The position numbers and the translations under genes were made by a program. This document shows, piece after piece, positions 37,564 through 51,249 of a DNA stretch of 64,000 nt. Source of the DNA: Eledone cirrhosa. Lineage: Eukaryota. The DNA lies in NCBI GenBank assembly GCA_964016885.1, contig OZ024744.1:108624001-108688000 (forward strand). The letters are read 5' to 3'. The first letter of the stretch is position 1, and every line of letters starts with the position of its first letter. The notes beneath the pieces were generated by a model that ran no database searches, was not told the DNA's origin, and saw only the letters and a program-made list of their open reading frames with translations.

Positions 37564-38671
37564 AATTCCATATATGGTCAAAGTGATTGTCAAAAATCAG
37601 TAGTAATTCTGTGGTTGCAAATTAGTAGGGGAGATGGTGGCTAAACCTGCCAGTAGGAGAAAAAGGGGAGGGGGTGGAGTAGACCCAATCAAGCGTTGGT
37701 AGTGCCAGCTACAGCTGGGCATGAGGTCAAAGAAGATACAGGGGAGGGGGAGGGGGAGGAAGCCGGAACGGAGGGTAGAACAATGGGGGGTAGAAATAGG
37801 AAAGAAAAAATACTGAGAGTGAAGAAAAGCAAATAAGTGTAAAGAAAAAAGTAAAGTAAATTAAATTCTACGACCTAGGTGTCAGGCTATTGTTAGGCGA
37901 GAATAAAATAAAGGAAGAAAGAAAGAAGTAAATAAATAAATAAATAAATAAATAAGGAAATAAGTAAAAGAACTAGGTGGGACGGATTAGGCAAGGACCC
38001 TTTTAAGAGGTATAAGTACGTAAATGATACGGTGACTGGTCAACAAAAGGGGCCAAAATACTAAAGAGACTACCACGAAATAAACAATAAAGGTTTCCAT
38101 CCCGGGCCAGCAACGACCCAGTGCAGCAAAGTGAACTTGTACGACATAATAATTCTGAGTCCCGAGAAAAATATATACTAATGCTAACTCTAAAAGATCT
38201 AAAACAAGCTACATGAAAGTTCGTACGAAATAAAGGTAGAATACGGAGAAATAAATTCAGAATCCACCCCGCCCAGAAGAAAAGCGAAGCAAGAAATACT
38301 GAAACGAAAAAATAAGGCATAAGTGCCACTAAGAAATATAGAGGGCACAGAGAATAGTGGGAGCGGTCGGAAAAAGGGGGCAAGTATCCGGGGTCTAAGC
38401 CAACTGCTATAAAGGGCGGAGTCCGCCAAATCTATCAAAGACTAGGGGAGGGGGGAGTGGGGGTACTAAGGCTACATGGGGCCAAAGGGCAGCCTCGGGT
38501 GGGCGAGAAAAGACGCCGACAAAGGAGAAGAGCTGGGGTAGAAGGACAAAGGAGAGAGGGGGGAAGGAAATAAAGGAAGCGATAAAAGAATACAAAGAAG
38601 ATCTTACGTCTTCCTTGGCAAGCAGGGGTTACCCATTGCAAAATCGGCAACTGGGGTGTTATAGCCCTAGT

Positions 38672-40329
38672 CTACCCCCCCGGGTCATTATGGGGTTTGA
38701 GGGCGAGGTAAGTCCTACGCAATCTATGTTTACATGCAGTAACCAGTTCATCTTTCTTGTTTAGGAGTTGGTCCGTCGAAAACAGCATTTGTAAAGTTTC
38801 CTCCGAGCATAAATTGCACGGACGGCGTCCTCCCGTGTAAGAATTTGGCTCTGGACAGTAATCTCCAAGTGAGATCATAGGTGATGTTGTTGTCCTTGAG
38901 GTCCCATATGTGGCCCGAAAGTGTAGTGGCGTGACGCCGGGCCGGGTTTCGGAAGGTATGTCTATGTTGGTATAGCCGGGTCTTGAAGTCACATGCGGTA
39001 AGTCCTATATAGGCTTTGTTGGAGGTATCCGTCCTCACGTTGCACTGGTAGATCACATTACGGTCTCTGCATCTATTGTCGAGTGGGCAAATAGATCTAT
39101 CCGGGCAGTTACACCTCCTGGTCGGTTCTCCACTGCTATTTAGGTTATTTCTGCCATCGGGGTTGAGTTTTTTGTTGTTAGAGGAGACGATGTTTTGTGC
39201 GAAGTTTGGTGTAGTGCTGTAAGAGAGTTTGATGGTATTTTTGTTAATTATGTTGTGGTAGCGGTGTTGTAATGGGAAGTGTTTTTCAATGAGCCTAAAG
39301 AATAGTTTCCCGATGGGAGTAGTCACCTCTGCGTTGTGGGGAGGATTGAACCATGTTACATTGCGTGAGCGGCGGTGTCTCCTGCTGGTTCCGCTAATGG
39401 GATCTGGACAGTAGGATATTTCCTCCCGGAAACCACTCCGCTTGAGGGCCTGGTTGTAATAAGGCGCATGTTCATCGAATATCCGCTCATTAGCTGACAA
39501 ACGGGATATGCGGAGGGAGATGTTTTTGACCAGGTTGTTTGTGATGTTCCTAGGATGGTTTGATCGGCGGTGGATGTAGTGCAGATTGTCATTAGGTTTC
39601 CTGTATGGGTAGTACAGGTCGTTTTCGAGGTCGAGGGTTACGTCCAGGAAGTTTACTCGGGTCAGGGACGTTTGTAGGGTTATTTTAAATCCCCAGTCGC
39701 GGAAGAATCTGATTAATTGTTTCCGGACCCGATCTGTACTACTGGGGTTGTACCCTTTAAGGGTAAGGAGCCCATCATCACGGTACAATCCACCACCGAA
39801 TGCAGGAAACATATCAGTGAGTTTGGCTATTAGGAATAATCCTATAAGATCAGTGACCTCCGCCGAATCCGTGGCGCCCATGCTGACGTCGAAGGGTGAG
39901 TCGGGAGCTCTTTTTATCCATTTAGAGTCGTCAAAGAGTAAGACTGTCTTCCTGGCGTGGAGGATGATTTTTCTTTCCTGGTCGGTGATGGGCACGAGTG
40001 TTTCGGCGAAGTCCAAGGCGGCAGTAAGTAGCGGTAAGGTGATTGAAGCATAGTAGCTCTCTATGTCGAACTGTATGAATTTAGTTTCTCGTTTATCCTC
40101 CATATTGCTGAACCAGGAGATTACTTCCTGGGTGTTGATCCATAGGCTAAGTCGGGTGTGTTGCTTGACTTTTGGTATCACGCGGTCTAGGATTTTTTTG
40201 CTGATTCTCCCTATGTCGGACTTCGTTGGGTTAATAAGCCTGATGGAGGGTTTACGGTCAAAATCGGATTTATGGTCCTTCAGTGTGAAGTATGGTGTCC
40301 GTGGGTCTAGAGGTTCCGTGCGGTCGGCG
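38672..40329 (-). pseudogene. Truncated PLE RT-GIY-YIG ORF with a 1-nt insertion near 38845
   Basis: Matches the + copy protein from ADRTEPL onward, then frameshifts at RAKFLHG. Confidence 0.9.
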
Positions 40330-40498
40330 ACCCACTCTACTACCTCAAGTATTGAGTACTTTGGTGCGTTATGGTCCACCTGGTTCCTTACCACATTTCC
40401 TTCGTTATCTAGCTCCTACTCCCGTAGTAGAGCACTTTCCGACCCTACCACGCCGTATCCAGACTTTTCCGCTAAGCTCAATTCATTTCACCCGCACC

Positions 40499-42652
40499 AT
40501 GCGAAAACACAACATTGACTTCTCTACCAAGAACATCCCAATCCCACCGAAAAAACTTTACCTTCGGATGCTCACGCAAAAAATTGATCTATTTGCGAAA
40601 AGACTTAGATGGAGAACTTTTTTCTATGACAGATATTGCGACAACCAAGACTTCGGCACCAAGGAGAGATTCGGATTTATTACCTACAAATCTCCGCCCC
40701 TGAACCCCTTGCTCGCACCCTTCGAGAATGACCTCTTCCAACTGGTCAAGAACATTAAATTTAAACCCAGACACAACCGATTCCTACAAAAACTCCGTAG
40801 CAACTTAACAGAGTATGATAACACAAATGACATCATGGTGCATTCGGATAAAACTGGGAACCTATACTTTGTCAACCCTGACAGATACCACACACTGATC
40901 AGGAGCAGCCTAAACTCCACCTATAAAAAGGCCAACCACTCTTGCATCGAGGACATAAATCGAGATGGACAACAAATCACCTCCAGCCTCGGGTTCGCCG
41001 ACCGCACGGAACCTCTAGACCCACGGACACCATACTTCACACTGAAGGACCATAAATCCGATTTTGACCGTAAACCCTCCATCAGGCTTATTAACCCAAC
41101 GAAGTCCGACATAGGGAGAATCAGCAAAAAAATCCTAGACCGCGTGATACCAAAAGTCAAGCAACACACCCGACTTAGCCTATGGATCAACACCCAGGAA
41201 GTAATCTCCTGGTTCAGCAATATGGAGGATAAACGAGAAACTAAATTCATACAGTTCGACATAGAGAGCTACTATGCTTCAATCACCTTACCGCTACTTA
41301 CTGCCGCCTTGGACTTCGCCGAAACACTCGTGCCCATCACCGACCAGGAAAGAAAAATCATCCTCCACGCCAGGAAGACAGTCTTACTCTTTGACGACTC
41401 TAAATGGATAAAAAGAGCTCCCGACTCACCCTTCGACGTCAGCATGGGCGCCACGGATTCGGCGGAGGTCACTGATCTTATAGGATTATTCCTAATAGCC
41501 AAACTCACTGATATGTTTCCTGCATTCGGTGGTGGATTGTACCGTGATGATGGGCTCCTTACCCTTAAAGGGTACAACCCCAGTAGTACAGATCGGGTCC
41601 GGAAACAATTAATCAGATTCTTCCGCGACTGGGGATTTAAAATAACCCTACAAACGTCCCTGACCCGAGTAAACTTCCTGGACGTAACCCTCGACCTCGA
41701 AAACGACCTGTACTACCCATACAGGAAACCTAATGACAATCTGCACTACATCCACCGCCGATCAAACCATCCTAGGAACATCACAAACAACCTGGTCAAA
41801 AACATCTCCCTCCGCATATCCCGTTTGTCAGCTAATGAGCGGATATTCGATGAACATGCGCCTTATTACAACCAGGCCCTCAAGCGGAGTGGTTTCCGGG
41901 AGGAAATATCCTACTGTCCAGATCCCATTAGCGGAACCAGCAGGAGACACCGCCGCTCACGCAATGTAACATGGTTCAATCCTCCCCACAACGCAGAGGT
42001 GACTACTCCCATCGGGAAACTATTCTTTAGGCTCATTGAAAAACACTTCCCATTACAACACCGCTACCACAACATAATTAACAAAAATACCATCAAACTC
42101 TCTTACAGCACTACACCAAACTTCGCACAAAACATCGTCTCCTCTAACAACAAAAAACTCAACCCCGATGGCAGAAATAACCTAAATAGCAGTGGAGAAC
42201 CGACCAGGAGGTGTAACTGCCCGGATAGATCTATTTGCCCACTCGACAATAGATGCAGAGACCGTAATGTGATCTACCAGTGCAACGTGAGGACGGATAC
42301 CTCCAACAAAGCCTATATAGGACTTACCGCATGTGACTTCAAGACCCGGCTATACCAACATAGACATACCTTCCGAAACCCGGCCCGGCGTCACGCCACT
42401 ACACTTTCGGGCCACATATGGGACCTCAAGGACAACAACATCACCTATGATCTCACTTGGAGATTACTGTCCAGAGCCAATTCTTACACGGGAGGACGCC
42501 GTCCGTGCAATTTATGCTCGGAGGAAACTTTACAAATGCTGTTTTCGACGGACCAACTCCTAAACAAGAAAGATGAACTGGTTACTGCATGTAAACATAG
42601 ATTGCGTAGGACTTACCTCGCCCTCAAACCCCATAATGACCCGGGGGGGTAG
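40499..42652 (+). CDS. PLE reverse transcriptase + C-terminal GIY-YIG endonuclease (717 aa from the first ATG)
   Basis: FSTKNIPIP N-terminus; FIQFDIESYYASI, VSMGA, LYRDDGL, VNFLDVTL; linker CNCx5CPL; VIYQC..YIGLT..FKTR; CNLC; LNKKDELVTACKH. The CxCx5C linker without CCHH is recalled as Hydra-clade. Confidence 0.93.
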   Translation: MRKHNIDFSTKNIPIPPKKLYLRMLTQKIDLFAKRLRWRTFFYDRYCDNQDFGTKERFGFITYKSPPLNPLLAPFENDLFQLVKNIKFKPRHNRFLQKLRSNLTEYDNTNDIMVHSDKTGNLYFVNPDRYHTLIRSSLNSTYKKANHSCIEDINRDGQQITSSLGFADRTEPLDPRTPYFTLKDHKSDFDRKPSIRLINPTKSDIGRISKKILDRVIPKVKQHTRLSLWINTQEVISWFSNMEDKRETKFIQFDIESYYASITLPLLTAALDFAETLVPITDQERKIILHARKTVLLFDDSKWIKRAPDSPFDVSMGATDSAEVTDLIGLFLIAKLTDMFPAFGGGLYRDDGLLTLKGYNPSSTDRVRKQLIRFFRDWGFKITLQTSLTRVNFLDVTLDLENDLYYPYRKPNDNLHYIHRRSNHPRNITNNLVKNISLRISRLSANERIFDEHAPYYNQALKRSGFREEISYCPDPISGTSRRHRRSRNVTWFNPPHNAEVTTPIGKLFFRLIEKHFPLQHRYHNIINKNTIKLSYSTTPNFAQNIVSSNNKKLNPDGRNNLNSSGEPTRRCNCPDRSICPLDNRCRDRNVIYQCNVRTDTSNKAYIGLTACDFKTRLYQHRHTFRNPARRHATTLSGHIWDLKDNNITYDLTWRLLSRANSYTGGRRPCNLCSEETLQMLFSTDQLLNKKDELVTACKHRLRRTYLALKPHNDPGG

Positions 42653-43760
42653 ACTAGGGCTATAACACCCCAGTTGCCGATTTTGCAATGGGTAACCCCT
42701 GCTTGCCAAGGAAGACGTAAGATCTTCTTTGTATTCTTTTATCGCTTCCTTTATTTCCTTCCCCCCTCTCTCCTTTGTCCTTCTACCCCAGCTCTTCTCC
42801 TTTGTCGGCGTCTTTTCTCGCCCACCCGAGGCTGCCCTTTGGCCCCATGTAGTCTTAGTACCCCCACTCCCCCCTCCCCTAGTCTTTGATAGATTTGGCG
42901 GACTCCGCCCTTTATAGCAGTTGGCTTAGATCCCGGATACTTGCCCCCTTTTTCCGACCGCTCCCACTATTCTCTGTGCCCTCTATATTTCTTAGTGGCA
43001 CTTATGCCTTATTTTTTCGTTTCAGTATTTCTTGCTTCGCTTTTCTTCTGGGCGGGGTGGATTCTGAATTTATTTCTCCGTATTCTACCTTTATTTCGTA
43101 CGAACTTTCATGTAGCTTGTTTTAGATCTTTTAGAGTTAGCATTAGTATATATTTTTCTCGGGACTCAGAATTATTATGTCGTACAAGTTCACTTTGCTG
43201 CACTGGGTCGTTGCTGGCCCGGGATGGAAACCTTTATTGTTTATTTCGTGGTAGTCTCTTTAGTATTTTGGCCCCTTTTGTTGACCAGTCACCGTATCAT
43301 TTACGTACTTATACCTCTTAAAAGGGTCCTTGCCTAATCCGTCCCACCTAGTTCTTTTACTTATTTCCTTATTTATTTATTTATTTATTTATTTACTTCT
43401 TTCTTTCTTTCTTTATTTTATTCTCGCCTAACAATAGCCTGACACCTAGGTCGTAGAATTTAATTTACTTTACTTTTTTCTTTACACTTATTTGCTTTTC
43501 TTCACTCTCAGTATTTTTTCTTTCCTATTTCTACCCCCCATTGTTCTACCTACCGTTCCGACTTCCTCCCCCTCCCCCTCCCCTGTATCTTCTTTGACCT
43601 CATGCCCAGCTGTAGCTGGCACTACCAACGCTTGATTGGGTCTACTCCACCCCCTCCCCTCTTTCTCCTACTGGCAGGTTTAGCCACCATCTCCCCTACT
43701 AATTTGCAACCACAGAATTACTACTGATTTTTGACAATCACTTTGACCATATATGGAATT

Positions 43761-43854
43761 ACCCCTTGAGAAGATCGGCTATTTAAATACCAGGATAAAT
43801 GTTCATTTAGTCCAGAATTAGCCGTCGAAACGGCTTGAGCTCAGCTGTCGGGGT
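43761..43854 (+). ncRNA. Type I hammerhead ribozyme with U3-A8 core (UUGAGAA)
   Basis: Stem I ACCCC/GGGGT, core TTGAGAA, stem II GA(T)CGGCTA/TAGCCGTC, GAAA, stem III CGGCT/AGCTG, GUC with C at 43849; lies at the PLE 3' end. Confidence 0.78.
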
Positions 43855-43864
43855 CTTACTGGTT

Positions 43865-43933
<69 letters not shown>

Positions 43934-43977
43934 TATGAGAGTAAAACAAAGAAGCCTTCAATACATCAAAAGTCTTT

Positions 43978-44022
43978 ATTAGCCAACAATGTTTCGTCCT
44001 ATTAAGGACTCATCAGGGCAAT
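43978..44022 (-). ncRNA. Minimal type I hammerhead ribozyme
   Basis: Minus strand ATTGCC CTGATGA GTCCT TAAT AGGAC GAAA CATTG TT GGCTAAT, overlapping AATAAA. Confidence 0.9.
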
Positions 44023-44636
44023 TAAAACAACAAGAAGTATTATCGGCTAATACAAGCCGGAAACTCCGAAGAATATGGAGTGTACATACACTAAAGTATT
44101 GCAAGATTATGGGTAAAAATATATAATAAAAATATATAATAAAAATCACTAAGGAGGTGTATAACATTTAGAACCATATTACAAATATAGTCCAAAGCAA
44201 AAAAAACCCTAGAGCTAAACAAAGGTGGTTATATAGAGCAGGAATTATATATAATACAATATAATATAATATAATATACCTTTACCAATATTAAAATTAC
44301 AATAAAAATCAAAAGGTACAATATACATATGTATGTACGCACACGTACGCACACATACACATAAATCAATACACATATCCATCTTCAACAGCACAAATTA
44401 AACCTTATTAAGAGTTTAAATATAAATAAGCATGATAGGAATAAAAATAATAATAATAATAATAATAATACATATACCCAATATACATGAGGTAATAATA
44501 TGATATTATTATAAGTAGCACATATAATATATAATAAACTATACAATTATATACTATATAATATAATATAATAGAATAGATAATCTCCGGTTAATTTACA
44601 CAAACAATATAGATGTCACAATAATACTATAATAAT

Positions 44637-44822
44637 TGTTTCTACTTTAGGCACAAGGCCAGCAATTACCCAGTGCATTACTGGTACTTTATTTTATCGA
44701 CCCCGCAAGGATGAAAGGCAAAGTCAACCTCGGCGGGATTTGAACTCAGATCGTAAAGGGACGTAACTATGCTGGAAAGCATGGCGTCCGACCCTCTACC
44801 GATACTGCCAATTCACCGCCTT
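44637..44822 (-). mobile_element. Full-length SINE inside the PLE 3'UTR, with TSD
   Basis: AATAATACTATAATAAT at 44620-44636 and 44823-44839. Confidence 0.9.
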
Positions 44823-46610
44823 AATAATACTATAATAATACTATAATAATAATATAATAACATATATAATATTCAATATATAATGGCATTCAAGTTAACA
44901 AATCAATTCATATAGAGTTACAGAGTAGGTGAGGAAAAATAAATTGTACAATACCGAAAATTATGATGGTACAAAAATATAAACATCTTACATGATATAT
45001 AAAGTTTAACATATCATAATGTTACATATAATCAACGGTAAGTAATAAGGATCGATAGTACAATAACAAATACAATATAAAATAATTAACATAATATAAT
45101 ATATAATTACTTATAATTACAAGGTTGGTAAACAGACATATATGTGGATGAGTGAGTAAGGGCCAGACAGTAAATATAATGCACAGTAGTATTACAAATA
45201 AAATATAAAATAAAATAAATAAATAGAATCAACCGGAAATTAAAAAACAAAAACAAAAGTATACATTTAGGTCTCACATGCAGTTAAGTGAAAACTTAGG
45301 AAATAACCCCGGTAAATGACTCGAAAACCCTATTTGATAAATTAATATTAAAAATATTTAAAATATCCAATAAGGCAATATAATATTAGCTATGGTTTAA
45401 GTAATCAAAGTTTATAAACGTTAATATTTCCTTACAAATATTTACAAAAAGGAATGAAATTTTCTACTAACATATACATAACGATATCTAAAAAACTGAC
45501 TTAGGCAGAATTATGGTAGGCTAATAGGGACAGAAATAAAGAAATATATGAAGGATACAAAGGGGCATAAAATCATAGTCAATATACTATATTAAATAAT
45601 AGAAAGGAGCGTAAAAGAGGGGGGGATTAAATATAATCATAATCTATTTGGAGGGGTTGACAATAAGTTTATGTGCGCATGGGGGGGGGGGGGTATCCAA
45701 AGAAGAATCCAAATAAAAATAAAAATAAAATAAAATAAAATAAAATAAAATGAAATAAAATAAATAATGTAAAATATATAATCAGATATATACTCATAAG
45801 GTGTTAATAGTGAAAATTTAATGCGTAAGAAGATAGATATGGCATAGTAGCCAAAAGATTATGAGAGCTAGAATAAAGAGTTGTCAAAAACCAATGATAA
45901 TAATGATGATAATAATGGTGGTAAACAAAAATAACCTAAACTAAAAAATAAATAATGGAATATATCAGCTAATGGATACAATTTGTACTACTAGAACCTT
46001 TAGGTTTATAATAAAAGTAAGAATTAGAAATAGCGTGGGGGCAAGAAGAGAATATCTCAGACTTTCTATTAAGTAAGGATTCACTAGAGAAAATTATAGA
46101 GTGTGTCTCGAGGATACAGAGATTACAAAATTTAGTATGTGTAGAAAGGTTATTAGAGCGTGCTACTAAACGCCAGTTAAGGCTATATGGTATATTAGCC
46201 CCCTTAAGATCCCAGATATAATGTGCTAAAGAAGTAGAATTCTTAAACTTAACATGTTTGAAATTAGAGATATGAGAATTAAACCTAGTCTTAAAAGTGT
46301 TAGATGTAGAGCCTATATAAGTTCTATTAGAGGAATTAGTTATAACTACGCAAGCATAGACAATGTTCTTAGAGAGGCAGTTACCGTTTAAAGGGCAGTT
46401 AGCACTCACTCTACAGTTACACTTCCGGGTGTTATTGGTTGGCTCAAGTGGTGATGCATTACACGTAGGATTGCTATTAGATAAGGTCTGTTCTGATGGT
46501 AATGCATTTCCAGATCTGTTCAGACTAGTAGTCTGTAGAGAGGAGAATCCATCCCTAATTTTCCTATTGTTAGTGCTAGCTAAATGAGAACTAATATTAG
46601 GGGTGGTAGA

Positions 46611-47293
<683 letters not shown>

Positions 47294-47331
<38 letters not shown>

Positions 47332-47338
47332 TATACAC

Positions 47339-47376
<38 letters not shown>

Positions 47377-47457
47377 GCACACACATACATACATACATAC
47401 ACACACATACATACATATACATATATACAAATGCACACACATATACACATATACATA

Positions 47458-47523
<66 letters not shown>

Positions 47524-47602
47524 TACACATACACACATACATACATATACATGCATACACATATACACACATATATATATATATATATATACATATATAT
47601 AT

Positions 47603-47641
<39 letters not shown>

Positions 47642-47766
47642 TACATATACACATATATATACACACATATACACACACATACATACATACACACATACAC
47701 ATACATATACATAAACATACACACACACATACACACGTATACATACATACATACATACACATACAT

Positions 47767-47811
<45 letters not shown>

Positions 47812-47989
47812 TACATATATATATATATACACACATACATACATATATACAAACACATACATACATATACATACATAAATATACACACATAAAACACATA
47901 TACACACAAACATATATATATACACACATACATATACATACACATAAATATACATATACATACACATACATATATACATATACATATAT

Positions 47990-48027
<38 letters not shown>

Positions 48028-48186
48028 ACATATATACACATACATATACATATACATACACATATACATAGATACATACATATACACAAACACATACATA
48101 CATATACCTACATAAATATACACACATAAAACACATATACACACAAACATATATATATATATATACACATATATATACACACACAT

Positions 48187-48235
<49 letters not shown>

Positions 48236-48963
48236 TATATACACACACACACATACACATATACACATATACAAACAAATATATACACAAACAAGTAAAT
48301 AGGTACTCAATAAATATACGCATATACACAGGCACATAAAGACACCTCTACAGGCAGAAAATGTAGATACGAAAGAGGTACTCACATGACCATAGTGGCC
48401 GTATTTCAGGTTGAGGAGGGGGGGGTCGTTTTTAGCCATCGGGCTTTAACACTGGCTTAAAGTGTTTGAATGTTGCAAAGTTCTTGTGCATGCAGTTCGG
48501 GCAGTGTTCAGAGAGTTTGTTCAGTAGCGGGCCCTTGGCGAATAAAATTTCGTAGCTCTCTGAAATACAAAGGTCGCAGCCCTTGTGTCCTCCGTTGTAA
48601 GAGCGCGCTTTCTGGAGTATTTTCCAATTAAGCGTGAAGGGGGTGGAGTTCCTTTTGAGGTCCCAAACGTAGGAGGCGAGTGTTGTTTGATTTGATTTAT
48701 CCGGTCTTCTGAAGGAGTGGGTATGAGCATACCAGCGGGTCTTAAAGGTGTTGGAGGTCATGCCGATGTAAGTTTTTTTGCAATCCTCGGTGCCCGAGAT
48801 GACATCGCATTTGTATACGATGTCATTTGTGAGGCATTTGTTTTCTAGTGGGCATGCTTCCTTATTAAGGCAATTACATAGAGCCCCAGTCCGGGGATTG
48901 GTTTCGGAGGTGGTTGGCTTGTGTATATATATGTGTATGTGTGTGTATTTGTATGTATATATG

Positions 48964-49060
<97 letters not shown>

Positions 49061-49063
49061 ATA

Positions 49064-49155
<92 letters not shown>

Positions 49156-49345
49156 CGTATGTGTGTATATGTGTGTGTGTATATATATATATGTGTATAT
49201 GTATGTGTTTGTGTGTATGTATATGTATATATGTGTGTATGTGTGTGTATTTGTGAGTGTATATGTACATATATGTGTGTATGTGTATGTATGTATATAT
49301 ATTTGTATATGTATATGTATGTGCATATGTGTATATATATGTGTA

Positions 49346-49384
<39 letters not shown>

Positions 49385-49411
49385 ATGCGTATGTATATAT
49401 GTGTGTATATA

Positions 49412-49465
<54 letters not shown>

Positions 49466-49578
49466 CATGAGATAGAGAGTGTGTGTGTATATATATTTTG
49501 TGTGTCGGTGTGTGTATGTGTGTATGCGCGCGTGTGTGTGTATATGTGTATATATATGTATGTGTATGTGTATATGTA

Positions 49579-49653
<75 letters not shown>

Positions 49654-49806
49654 ATATATATGTATATATATATGTATGTATATGTATGTATGTATATATA
49701 TATGTATATGTATATGTGTGTGTATATGTGCGTTATATGTCTGTATATATATGTGTATATTTATGTATAGGTCTGTGTATGTATGTGTATGTTTGTGTAT
49801 GTATGG

Positions 49807-49846
<40 letters not shown>

Positions 49847-49925
49847 TTGTATGTGTGTGTATGGATATATATATATATATATGTATATGTATGTATGTAT
49901 ATATATATGTATGTATATATGTGTG

Positions 49926-49957
<32 letters not shown>

Positions 49958-50135
49958 TGTGTATATATGTGTATATATGTGTATATATGTGTATATATAT
50001 ATGTGTGTATGTGTGTGTGTATAGATATTTATACATATGTATACTCGTGTTTGCTTGTATGCGTGTGAGTGTATTTATTTATTTGTGTATATATATGTGT
50101 GTGTGTGTGTATGTATGTGTATGTGTGTGTGTATC

Positions 50136-50198
<63 letters not shown>

Positions 50199-50301
50199 GT
50201 ATATATGTGTGTGTGTGTGTGTATGTGTGTATATGTATATTTGTATATATGTATATGTATATATGTTTGTATATGTATATATATATATATATATGTGTAT
50301 A

Positions 50302-50345
<44 letters not shown>

Positions 50346-50600
50346 CGTATGTATATGTGTATATGTATTATATTTGTATGTATGTATGTATGTGTGTATG
50401 TATGTGTGTGTACATGAATATATATTTATATATTTTTTATATATGTGTGTGTGTTTTTATGTGTGTATATGTGTTTGTGTGTGTGTTTATGGTTGCGCGT
50501 AAGTGTGTGAGTGAGTATGTGTGTTTTTTTGTTTTTTATGTGTGTTTTTTTGTTTTTCTGTTTTTTTGTTTTTTTGTTTTTTTGTTTTTTTGTGAATGTG
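47294..50600. repeat. Compound (TA)/(CA)/(TACA) microsatellite fields, interrupted by a PLE fragment
   Basis: Directly visible; source of the spurious YI/VC/HT ORFs. Confidence 0.95.
48300..48918 (-). mobile_element. PLE GIY-YIG fragment (third family)
   Basis: [40 protein letters not shown]. Confidence 0.88.
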
Positions 50601-51057
50601 TCTGTTGATTTTGGCATATTGTTGATTAGTTTAAGAGAAGTACGAAGATAATAGTAAGATATGCACTCAGTATTTTGAATCTGTCTGCAGAATTCTCTAG
50701 ACCTTTGTCACTTAGTAGAACCTTAATGACTTTAGCTTTTAAAGAATCTCCCTTTTCTTTAATTCTATCGAGCATGACTGACCCCCCACTGATTTTATAG
50801 ACATCTGTTAGCTTAAGAGAAACTTAATGACAAGGAATGGTATACCATCCGGAACCTGTTTATAGAATTCTGTCTGCCTTTGTTACTCTAAAAACATAAA
50901 TAAATATAAATAAAAATAAAAATTAACTATAGCTTTGTAGAATTAGCTTTTAATGAATTCCCTTTTCTATCAACCAATGACCTGCACCCATCCCACTCCC
51001 CACCCTCTCCTACCACTTGTAGAGACCTATAAATACCATATTTATTTTTTGATACCC

Positions 51058-51108
51058 AGATTCCTGATGATTTCTAATGAATGAAACAGTTCTAGTCCTG
51101 TAGAATCT
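51058..51108 (+). ncRNA. Type I hammerhead ribozyme at the end of a PLE-like 3'UTR (~50610-51190)
   Basis: AGATTC CTGATGA tTTCtaatGAAt GAAA CAG..CTG TA GAATCT. Confidence 0.82.
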
Positions 51109-51190
51109 CTTCTATATTAAAACTGTTATACTCTGCTATGTATTGAGTACCTTACTTACTGTGGTTACCTCCGATTCAACCCGGAATAAC

Positions 51191-51231
<41 letters not shown>

Positions 51232-51249
51232 AATATACATACACATACA

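Larger units (their letters stand above)
37377..40329 (-). mobile_element. 5'-truncated inverted copy of the PLE, with a 3' extension
   Basis: 37456-40329 is a near-identical reverse complement of 40996-43868; 37377-37453 is the reverse complement of 40330-40406. Confidence 0.95.
40330..43868 (+). mobile_element. Full-length Penelope-like element (Hydra-clade-like)
   Basis: Intact ORF, ~1.2-kb 3'UTR, terminal HHR, followed by (TA)n. Confidence 0.93.

Noticed and set aside
38748-40394. 548-aa ORF as an independent gene
   Set aside because: Chimera of antisense leader and truncated RT, with a C-terminal frameshift.
40292-40498. N-terminal extension of the 786-aa ORF
   Set aside because: Its start lies in the inverted arm across the junction; conserved PLE sequence begins near ATG 40499.
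40499-42652. Selenocysteine recoding as in some PLEs
   Set aside because: No in-frame TGA; the ORF is open and ends in TAG.
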